A stretch of DNA of 64,000 nucleotides from Nitrososphaerota archaeon. Its GTDB lineage: Archaea > Thermoproteota > EX4484-205 > JAAOZP01. The notes beneath the pieces were generated by a model, which ran no database searches, was not told the DNA's origin, and saw only the letters and a list, made by a program, of their open reading frames with translations. Below, in pieces: positions 56,426 through 64,000 of the stretch (positions are counted from its first letter, which is position 1; the number at the start of each line of letters is the position of its first letter). The stretch is from contig JAAOZP010000012.1 of assembly GCA_011605725.1 (NCBI GenBank), forward strand, positions 96,001 through 160,000, in the 5' to 3' direction. Made by a program: the position numbers and the translations under genes.

Positions 56426-58759
56426 CTACTCTCCATGTTTAAAGATTATTAAGCTTTTCCACGCGCTTCCCGGCGATCTCCATCCTTCGTCAACAACCAT
56501 CCCGTTAAGGTTCTCCCTGTCGATTATCGTCCTTTTCGCAAGCGAACTCTTAACAAAGCATTTTTTCAGAATGCTGTTCCACACTATAGCACCCCTCTCG
56601 ATCCTGCTTTCCTCAATCATCGAGTTATGCAGGACGCACCAAGGCTTAACGTGAACCTCGCCCCTGAAAACGATTTCCCCACTCAGAAAAGAATTCACAC
56701 CCACATAGAAATGTACATCACCATACTCCTCCAAGCCAGGTATCTCGGTGAATGCTAAAGACCTTAACTGCCTTGTGAACTTTTTATCAAACTTCTTTAA
56801 GCCACCCTCTTTCTCAGCAACCATCATCATAGTCTGTAGAAAACGTTTCACCCTGGGTTCCACATATATTCGCGCACCCAGGTCAACAGTAACACCGAAA
56901 ACCTTTTCAAGAGCCTCCAAAGAAAACCCTTCTAACGCTTCCAAGCCGGAATGATCCAGCTCTGGAGTTCCCCTTATTCGAGCACAGGCCTTACCGTCTT
57001 CAAGGTAAAACACCATATTCCTCATAGGCTTGAAGGCCTCGACTTCAGCCTGAAAGACATCGCATTTCTCAAGAACCGCCTTCTCTCCAACTGTTGAGTC
57101 CACTATAACTGAGTCAACTATCCTAGCGTTCTCCCCAATCCTGACAACACGCGGGGGCATAGCTATGATGAAAGAATTACTTATGCTGGAACCATCACCT
57201 ATAGTCACATCCCCCCTTATGTCAACTCTGCCTGAGAAAACAACACCTTTCCCTATCCTGTCAGCGTTAAAATCCTCGCCCACAGTTATTATAGCATCCT
57301 CTCTCACCACGCAACCTTTCTCCGTAAGCATTCTAGCCAGCCTCTTAGATTGCAGCATCGCTCCAACCCTAGCCTCACTCCTGTAGTCATATCCTTCTCC
57401 AACACCCTCTTCACCTTTAAGCAGATATATGTTAATCCTCTCCCCTTTTGAAACAGCCTCTTTAGAGACCTCTGGCAGGAAGTATTCTCCGCCAGCATGC
57501 CTCTCTAAAACATATACTCCAGGAGGGCTTGGCCCAATCCTTCTGCACAAATTTATCGAGAGCAGCTCCTCCCTGGATAACCCATGCCTCTTTTCACCTG
57601 GTTTTAAGGAGAAAATTTCAGAGTTCGGCACCACGATCTCTGAACCATCTTTTAAAACCCGCCCGTAGTTAGGAGCGTCAACATCCCTAATCACGTTAAG
57701 ATAAACCTCAACGTTCATCGCCATCAACCCCGTGTTCCTCTCCCTTATAGCGTTAAGATAGTCTGTTGAAACCTTGAAGTCGAGAAGGTTCACCTCCAGC
57801 GAACCGATGTTTCTCCTCTGCTCCTCAGTAACACCGATTTCATCCTGCTCCTTTATGTCTAGAAACTCGTCTGACATTGGGTCGAAAAGCAGAGCCTTCC
57901 CGTCTAGCCTAACCCTTCTTTCCTCAAGCTGCTCTCTTGAAAGAACTATTTTCCCCCCTGGAAGCGCTTCTCTTATAGGGTGGTATATGCATACTTTGTC
58001 TCCAGCCCTATCGACGTCACGCCTACTTAGGAAGACGTATGATGCCCATTCACCGTATTTACCAGTATCCACTTCTGGAAGCCTGAGCGCAATCAGTTCC
58101 CCGCTTCTAATCATCCTGTTTATCTTCAGCGATTTCTCATCCTTAACATCCTTCTCATCCACCAGTCCTAGAACCTTCTTTGGATACCTGACTATCCTCC
58201 CATACATGAATGGGTCTCCCTTGTCTGACGTTACTATAGTGATCTTAGCACCGGAAGACACGTGACTCTTTATAATGTTCCTTATCTCTTCCGGAGGCAC
58301 GGTTGGCACATCCCCGTAGTAGATGAAGACGTATTTCGCTCCACTTTCCTCAACAAGCTTCTTACCCTCAAAGCTGGTTGCTGCAGCACCCGTACCCTTG
58401 TCACCAGGATTGTCGAAGAAAATCCTGACGTTACTCCATTTCGCAACTATGGCTTTCAGATCCATCAACGCCTTGAGGTCTATAAGGTCCCGCTCATCCC
58501 TACACTCCTCAATACTCTCCCCAACTCTTCTGCCTGCTGAAAGAAGAATCGATTTCACTAGGCCGCACTGCATTATGGTGCTGAATATAGTGTCCAAGTA
58601 GGTTTTCCTCCAGAAAAGGTCTCTCATCGCCGGTTTCGAGATGGTGTCAGTATACGGGTCTAACCTGGTCCAGAGCGGTGTAGACCTGAAGCCTGAGCCG
58701 CCGGCAGGTACAATTGCAACAGTGCTTTCCCTAATCTTTTCTTCAGACTTGCTTCTCAT
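56426..58759 (-). CDS. Large GlmU-like sugar-1-phosphate nucleotidyltransferase with insertions and LbH regions
   Basis: PAGGSGFR, KGTGAA, YGDVP, YGRIVR, ERNTG, GEYFL; C-terminal hexapeptide-like repeats. Confidence 0.8.
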   Translation of the reverse strand: MRSKSEEKIRESTVAIVPAGGSGFRSTPLWTRLDPYTDTISKPAMRDLFWRKTYLDTIFSTIMQCGLVKSILLSAGRRVGESIEECRDERDLIDLKALMDLKAIVAKWSNVRIFFDNPGDKGTGAAATSFEGKKLVEESGAKYVFIYYGDVPTVPPEEIRNIIKSHVSSGAKITIVTSDKGDPFMYGRIVRYPKKVLGLVDEKDVKDEKSLKINRMIRSGELIALRLPEVDTGKYGEWASYVFLSRRDVDRAGDKVCIYHPIREALPGGKIVLSREQLEERRVRLDGKALLFDPMSDEFLDIKEQDEIGVTEEQRRNIGSLEVNLLDFKVSTDYLNAIRERNTGLMAMNVEVYLNVIRDVDAPNYGRVLKDGSEIVVPNSEIFSLKPGEKRHGLSREELLSINLCRRIGPSPPGVYVLERHAGGEYFLPEVSKEAVSKGERINIYLLKGEEGVGEGYDYRSEARVGAMLQSKRLARMLTEKGCVVREDAIITVGEDFNADRIGKGVVFSGRVDIRGDVTIGDGSSISNSFIIAMPPRVVRIGENARIVDSVIVDSTVGEKAVLEKCDVFQAEVEAFKPMRNMVFYLEDGKACARIRGTPELDHSGLEALEGFSLEALEKVFGVTVDLGARIYVEPRVKRFLQTMMMVAEKEGGLKKFDKKFTRQLRSLAFTEIPGLEEYGDVHFYVGVNSFLSGEIVFRGEVHVKPWCVLHNSMIEESRIERGAIVWNSILKKCFVKSSLAKRTIIDRENLNGMVVDEGWRSPGSAWKSLIIFKHGE

Positions 58760-58807
58760 GCTGAAAACCGTGGAGTAAGAGCTTTTTTAAAGTTTGAGGA
58801 GAGTTTT

Positions 58808-60379
58808 TCAAATAAGACAAGCACCCTCAACAGGGCTGACGAGAATAATGCCGTTTCTCCGCCTACTCTCGTCACGATAATACTCTCTCCCCAACACATC
58901 CATAACCTTATTAACAGCCTTCTTATCCACAAGGATTTCGACACAGCCTCCTAGACCGGCACCTACTATGGATGCCCCTAGAGTTCCCGGAACCTTTAAC
59001 GCAGTATCGACAAGGAAATCAGTCTCCTCAGTTCCACAACCATAATAGCCCGACTGAAACTCCAGTCTAGCGTCGCCTCCTAAACGGGTAAGCTCTTCTA
59101 AGTATTCATCAGTCACTCTCACACGCCATTTCACTCCTGACTTAACCACTCTGTCAGCGTCGTGCGAAACATTCATCAGCCTTCCGAAAAGCTCCACGTC
59201 ACCTGGTAGAACCCATTCTGTTTTCCTGCTCCGCTCACACTCTGAAATCCCGAATAAGCATACTCCTCTCAAGTCGTATCCTTCCCTCGGCTCCTCATGC
59301 TCTTTAAACAGTTTGCTTAACCATTCTTCTTTCTCAGGCAGTAGACTTCTAAGCTCACTCCTACTTATTCTCTCAGGCAGCGATTTAATCATCCTATATA
59401 TTTCGGAAGTCTCGAAGTTCTCAGGATTAATATCTCTCAAATACTCAAACTTCCTCAATTCAGGGTTAAATTTCTTCATAAGCTCAAATCCAAACTCATA
59501 CGTAGAAACCTTTTCGTTAAAAATACTCCGAGCCCCCGTCATCTTGCTTGCCGCAACAAACGAGTTACACAGAATAATGTTGACACCGGTTGGAAAAGGT
59601 ATGTAAGATATTTTGAACGGAAAGAAGCCTATATGACTCACGAAGCCTTTTTTCGAAAAAAGCATAGCCGCCTGATCTCCCCATCCACCCCTAGTCCCCA
59701 CGTACCATTCCCCTATGCCAGTGTATTCAACCATCTTCTCCCTCGGGATTTCAAGGCCATTCAGGCTTGAAACCGTCAAATATGTTGCAACGACTAATGC
59801 TGATGATGAGGAAAGCCCTGCGGACCTAGGTATATCCCCATAGCAGACTATGTTTGCGCCTAGAAGCTTTTTCTTGTAGGAGCCACCGTTCATGTAAACA
59901 TTCTGCAGATAGCATACGGATTTAACATAGTTTATCCAGGATTTTCTCTCACTCTCCGTTTTCTTCTCAATGTTTTCCTGAGTCCACTTTCTCCATTCAT
60001 CCACTGTAGATATTTTTTCTGCGGGCAGTTCCTCCCCGATTTCAAACCTTCCTGATTCAAAATTTTCCTCCGCATTATGAATCTCGATGAAGGAGTCCTC
60101 TCTTCCCTCAGCAACCATTATGACTTCTCTCGGAATAACTATCGGGTTTACGAAGCCTCCTCTGTGATCAACATGCCTCCCCATCAGGTTCACCCTACCC
60201 GGAGCCCTAACTATAATCACCCTTCTCTCAAAACCATATGTTTCGCCAAACATCTTCAACACCCTCAGAATCACCCTCCTCCTTTCTTCCATGAAATCCG
60301 GCCCATACATCTCAGCCAGCCTACTAGCCCCGGGACCCGTGTTGAGGAAATCGATCCATGAGGAAACAGTTCTCAACAT
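58808..60379 (-). CDS. Galactokinase-family (GHMP) sugar-1-kinase, possibly uronate-specific
   Basis: RAPGRVNLMGRHVDHRGG, IPRSAGLSSSSA, GGWGDQ, GAGLGGC. Confidence 0.85.
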   Translation of the reverse strand: MLRTVSSWIDFLNTGPGASRLAEMYGPDFMEERRRVILRVLKMFGETYGFERRVIIVRAPGRVNLMGRHVDHRGGFVNPIVIPREVIMVAEGREDSFIEIHNAEENFESGRFEIGEELPAEKISTVDEWRKWTQENIEKKTESERKSWINYVKSVCYLQNVYMNGGSYKKKLLGANIVCYGDIPRSAGLSSSSALVVATYLTVSSLNGLEIPREKMVEYTGIGEWYVGTRGGWGDQAAMLFSKKGFVSHIGFFPFKISYIPFPTGVNIILCNSFVAASKMTGARSIFNEKVSTYEFGFELMKKFNPELRKFEYLRDINPENFETSEIYRMIKSLPERISRSELRSLLPEKEEWLSKLFKEHEEPREGYDLRGVCLFGISECERSRKTEWVLPGDVELFGRLMNVSHDADRVVKSGVKWRVRVTDEYLEELTRLGGDARLEFQSGYYGCGTEETDFLVDTALKVPGTLGASIVGAGLGGCVEILVDKKAVNKVMDVLGREYYRDESRRRNGIILVSPVEGACLI

Positions 60380-60467
60380 TCTGCTGAAAATCGTCTTGAG
60401 AATTCATATTTAAGCGTTGATTAACGGTTTGCGAATTCTTATATATCTATCAAGAGTTAGGGAAAGC

Positions 60468-61487
60468 ATGCCTGTCAAAGTGGCGGTTTATGGATTGGGG
60501 CCTATAGGGACACTCATAGCCAGAAAAGTTTTAGAACGGGAAAACCTTGAATTGGTAGCAGCTTTCGAGATAGACCCTTCTAAAATAGGCATGGATGTCG
60601 GTGAAGCGATTAGTATAGGTGAGAGGATTGGCGTAATTGTTTCAAGAGAGTCTGATGCAGCCGAGATCCTGAAGATAAGTGGAGCAGATGTCGTGCTTCA
60701 CGCAACCTCCTCCCACCTGGATAAGATATACCCGCAGATCGTTAAATGCGTTGAAGCAGGTGCTGATTTAATCTCGACTTCAGAGACGCTGGTAAACCCT
60801 TGGTATCGATACCCTAAGCTTGCCTCAGAAATAGATAGAATGGCTAGGGAAAACAATGTTTCAATAATGGGTGCCGGTGTAAACCCGGGGTTCGTGTTCG
60901 ACGCTCTACCAATACTTATGACGCTTGTTTGCATAAGAGTAGACTGTTTGAAAGTCATAAGGTCTTTAGACGCTGGGAAGAGAAGACTTTCTTTCCAAAA
61001 GAAATACGGGCTTGCCTTAAGCGTCGAGGAGTTTAGGCATAAAATGGATAGCGGCGAGATAACGGGACACATAGGGTATGGAGAATCCGTTGACCTTATA
61101 GCATCTGCGCTGGGAGTAAACCTAACTAGGATTGTTGAGGGACAGGAACCAATAGTCTCAGCGAAACTGTTGAAAACTCAATACTTTGAAATAATGCCTG
61201 GAAAAGTCTCGGGAATACATGGCTACGGAATAGGATATGTTGGAGAGAAAGAATTCATCAGGGTTGAGCTGATAGCTGAAGCCGGTAGGGAAGAGTTTGA
61301 AGAAGTAATCATCCAAGGGGAACCGCCGGTGAAATGGAGAAGTACAGGTATCCCAGGTGATACTGCTACTGCTGCAGTGGTGATCAACCTTATTCCGAAG
61401 GTTTTAGAAGCAAGGTCAGGCTTACTTAGGATAACGGATATTTCCCTGCCCTCAGCCTTCTCAAATTTAAAAGCCAGTAATTCTTGA
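60468..61487 (+). CDS. 2,4-diaminopentanoate dehydrogenase (Ord)/amine dehydrogenase-like DapB-fold oxidoreductase
   Basis: YGLGPIG, HATSS, STSE, GVNPGFVFD, GHIG..ES, PGDTATAA; ATG 60468 follows a TATA box at 60439. Confidence 0.8.
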   Translation: MPVKVAVYGLGPIGTLIARKVLERENLELVAAFEIDPSKIGMDVGEAISIGERIGVIVSRESDAAEILKISGADVVLHATSSHLDKIYPQIVKCVEAGADLISTSETLVNPWYRYPKLASEIDRMARENNVSIMGAGVNPGFVFDALPILMTLVCIRVDCLKVIRSLDAGKRRLSFQKKYGLALSVEEFRHKMDSGEITGHIGYGESVDLIASALGVNLTRIVEGQEPIVSAKLLKTQYFEIMPGKVSGIHGYGIGYVGEKEFIRVELIAEAGREEFEEVIIQGEPPVKWRSTGIPGDTATAAVVINLIPKVLEARSGLLRITDISLPSAFSNLKASNS

Positions 61488-62797
61488 AAACCATGGAGAT
61501 GAGCTACCTGGAGAGGACTAAAAAATCCATGGAACTCTTTGAAAAAGCTAGGAAACATATTCCCGGCGGATCGGCTTACTCAATAAGGTATTTCGAACCG
61601 TATCCTTTCTACGTTAGCAGGGCTAAAGGCAGCAGGATCTGGGATGTCGACGGCAACGAATACGTTGACTTCTGGATGGTTCATTTCGCAGCCGTACTGG
61701 GACACGGCTATAGGCCTGTGATTGAAGCTGCGAAGGAACAGCTTGAGCATGGTGCACACTTCGGCTGGTGCAACGAGTGGGAGGTGAAATGGGCGGAAGC
61801 AGTGTGCAGATGGTTCGACGTGGATATGGCTAAGCCAGCCAATAGCGGGACGGAGGCGAACATGTATGCTGTCAGGCTTGCGAGAGCCTACACTGGAAGA
61901 AGAAAGATCGGGAAGATGGAGGGGGGATGGCATGGAGGATACGACGGTCTGCATAAGGCGGTTAACTATCCCTATGATAAGCCGTCGTCTTTAGGCTTAG
62001 CCTGTGTTGAAAACATTGTTCCACTCCCGTTTAACGATCTTGAGGCAACGATAAGAATAGCTGGGAAAGAAGATCTGGCAGGCATAATTTTGGAACCGGT
62101 TCTCGGATCGGCGGGAGTTATTCCGGCGAGCGAAGAGTACTTGAAAGGCCTTAGGGAATTCTGCAGTAGGAGGAACATAGTGTTGATATTCGACGAGGTT
62201 ATCACTGGGTTTAGGCATCCCGGCGGTATGCAGAATTATTTCAAAGTCAAGCCGGATATAACGACCATAGGTAAAACAGCCGGAGGACAGTATTTCGCTG
62301 GAGCGGGAGGAATATGTGGAACAGCCGAGATAATGAGTCTACTCGACCAAGTCGAGAGACCAGAATTTTGGAACCGTTCATTCCACGGAGGAACGTATGT
62401 GGGTAATGCTTTGACAATGCGCGCCGGATATGTTACGATAAACGAGCTTGAAAAGAAGAGTGGAGAAGTATATTCCTACATTAATTCTCTCGGAGAATAC
62501 GGTAGAAGACGGATCATGGAGGTTCTTGAGGAAAACCGTTTCGAGGCCTACGTCACTGGATTACTGTCTATGATAGGCTTGCATTTCACAAGGGAAAAGC
62601 CGTTTAACGGGTTGACGGCGGAGAGAACTAAGAATAGAGAGTTAAGTAGAAAATTATTCAACCACATGCTGCAGAAGGGAATAGTATATCAGAGGCCCGA
62701 GACCCCGCACTTCGCAGTCTCGACTGCTCACTCAATGGATGAGATGGAAAGACTCGTGGAAGAACTAGATACCTTTATTAAAAAGGAAAGAGGATGA
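61484..62797 (+). CDS. Class III PLP aminotransferase, glutamate-1-semialdehyde aminomutase (HemL)-like
   Basis: GSRIWDVDGNEYVD, NSGTEA, WHGG.D, FDEVITGFR, IGK, HGGTY.GN. Confidence 0.88.
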   Translation: MKTMEMSYLERTKKSMELFEKARKHIPGGSAYSIRYFEPYPFYVSRAKGSRIWDVDGNEYVDFWMVHFAAVLGHGYRPVIEAAKEQLEHGAHFGWCNEWEVKWAEAVCRWFDVDMAKPANSGTEANMYAVRLARAYTGRRKIGKMEGGWHGGYDGLHKAVNYPYDKPSSLGLACVENIVPLPFNDLEATIRIAGKEDLAGIILEPVLGSAGVIPASEEYLKGLREFCSRRNIVLIFDEVITGFRHPGGMQNYFKVKPDITTIGKTAGGQYFAGAGGICGTAEIMSLLDQVERPEFWNRSFHGGTYVGNALTMRAGYVTINELEKKSGEVYSYINSLGEYGRRRIMEVLEENRFEAYVTGLLSMIGLHFTREKPFNGLTAERTKNRELSRKLFNHMLQKGIVYQRPETPHFAVSTAHSMDEMERLVEELDTFIKKERG

Positions 62798-62849
62798 GCC
62801 TACAATAATTAGAGAAACATGCTTATCAAACGTTTTGAATAATGCAGAT

Positions 62850-63680
62850 TCACGGTATGCATTGAGGCTCAGGATTCTTTGAACTTTTTAGACAGGCCTC
62901 TATGAAGTCTTTAGAGGTTGTTGACCAAGCATACTTGGTCTCTATCTCTTGAACAAATATTCTTGTTGCAAGCAACTGGTATACAGTATCGTGAGCCTCG
63001 ATAGCTGCAGTACAATCCCTTAAAAGTATAATGTTGTACCCCCTTTCACTCATAGCCCTAACCCCGTAATCCCTATGTTGTAGACACATGTTGGTGGCGA
63101 AACCAGCGTAGAAAAGATGGAGTTTCCCTAGTTTTTTAAGGATTCTGTGTAACTGTCTCCCCGACCTTACTACATAGTCACCCGACTGGGGTGCAAGAGG
63201 CTCTGCAATCATCAGTTTCTCCCTGTATATGTGCTCCCAAGCTTCTCGAGGAGGTGAAAAACCCCTGTTGAAAACGGAAAAAACCCCTATTCTATCGACG
63301 AACTCTTTGGGAGGCCATTCTGGGTCTACTGAAGCATATACTGGGAAGCGTTCCTCATCCCCTTTTTCGAAGCAGCAGGATGATTGAGGGTATTTTTCAG
63401 CCACGTTCGACGAGGGGGCATGTATAACTGTTACACCGGTTCTCCTAGCAGCATTCACCACCGGAGCAATCTTCTCCTCCACTATTCTTCTCGACCTTGC
63501 CGAGTAGCTTTCACAATAATGAATACTCCAGCAATCCACTAGGATTAAAGCGCTTTCAGCAACAGGCATTTCAAGAAGCCTCTCAACGTAGTGAAAGTCT
63601 TCCTCCAAACATCCGTAGGGTTTCTCCTCAAGGTAAAGGCGGTAGTATCTAGCGGGGACTTTCAACACGGTTTTTTGCAT
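62850..63680 (-). CDS. Isochorismatase-family cysteine hydrolase
   Basis: LILVDCW, VIHAP, AGFATNMC, LRDCT; ATG 63680 preferred over the ORF-track start at 63788. Confidence 0.8.
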   Translation of the reverse strand: MQKTVLKVPARYYRLYLEEKPYGCLEEDFHYVERLLEMPVAESALILVDCWSIHYCESYSARSRRIVEEKIAPVVNAARRTGVTVIHAPSSNVAEKYPQSSCCFEKGDEERFPVYASVDPEWPPKEFVDRIGVFSVFNRGFSPPREAWEHIYREKLMIAEPLAPQSGDYVVRSGRQLHRILKKLGKLHLFYAGFATNMCLQHRDYGVRAMSERGYNIILLRDCTAAIEAHDTVYQLLATRIFVQEIETKYAWSTTSKDFIEACLKSSKNPEPQCIP

Positions 63681-63796
63681 AAGTACGTGTTTAAACAACC
63701 TGTTTAAATTCCTTTCCGCTCTGTTGAAGCATGTATCCTTCAAACCGTTTAGCATAGGGATGGGAAAACTTAAGAAAACGCGAAACACCCTTTACA

Positions 63797-64000
63797 ATGA
63801 TGAAGAAGAATTCAAAACTGATCGGTATAGATGGCTCCGCATTGCTGATTATCGATGTGCAGGAGAAGCTTTTCCCCTTGATGAACAGGAGGGAAGAGGT
63901 TTTGAGGAACATTGTGAAACTAATAAGGTTTTGCAGAAAATGTGAAATACCCATCATAGTGACGGAGCAGTATCCTAAGGGGCTTGGAAGAACGGTGCGG
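63797..64000 (+). CDS. Isochorismatase-family hydrolase (YcaC/ISOC-like), runs off the window end
   Basis: Not in the ORF track. Manual translation: MMKKNSKLIGIDGSALLIIDVQEKLFP...IPIIVTEQYPKGLGRTVR. Confidence 0.85.
   Translation, partial: MMKKNSKLIGIDGSALLIIDVQEKLFPLMNRREEVLRNIVKLIRFCRKCEIPIIVTEQYPKGLGRTVR

Noticed and set aside
61484-62797. Assigning gene symbol hemL
   Set aside because: The family match is clear, but there is no tetrapyrrole context, so function is uncertain.
63724-63945. 73-aa ORF in the track
   Set aside because: Wrong frame; the overlapping frame from 63797 encodes clear isochorismatase motifs.

Overview
Gene-dense chromosomal segment from an archaeon. TATA-like boxes lie about 22-30 nt upstream of leaderless first genes, GGTGA/GGAGG Shine-Dalgarno sites occur inside operons, TTG/GTG starts are common, and the window carries Trm14, an archaeal-type ThyA, a core MetE and an MNT-HEPN pair. 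The content fits an anaerobic, sugar-degrading TACK lineage such as Brockarchaeia or Bathyarchaeia (inference, not a taxonomic call). I found no rRNA, tRNA, CRISPR array or intact mobile element. The main blocks are: (1) a CbiR-like TIM barrel, a MoaD-like protein lacking the terminal GG, a HAD hydrolase and MNT-HEPN; (2) an SPFH/zinc-ribbon membrane-stress cluster split by an ATPase-nuclease gene with a triple palindromic operator; (3) a wHTH + P-loop ATPase/Mrr-like pair and an arrestin-fold protein; (4) four intact and one decayed URO-D/MtaA-family genes with diversified metal ligands; (5) the standout, a tightly coupled pta-ackA-(GlmU-like LbH acyltransferase)-acpP-acpS operon, i.e. a bacterial-type acyl carrier protein system in an archaeon with no fab genes nearby; (6) a sugar locus (rhaB, GH127, ABC transporter, uronate isomerase) and a GHMP kinase/nucleotidyltransferase/NDP-sugar dehydrogenase operon that looks like uronate salvage; (7) an Ord-like dehydrogenase + HemL-like aminotransferase pair and two divergent isochorismatase-family genes. 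All family calls come from motif recognition by eye; no database searches were run.
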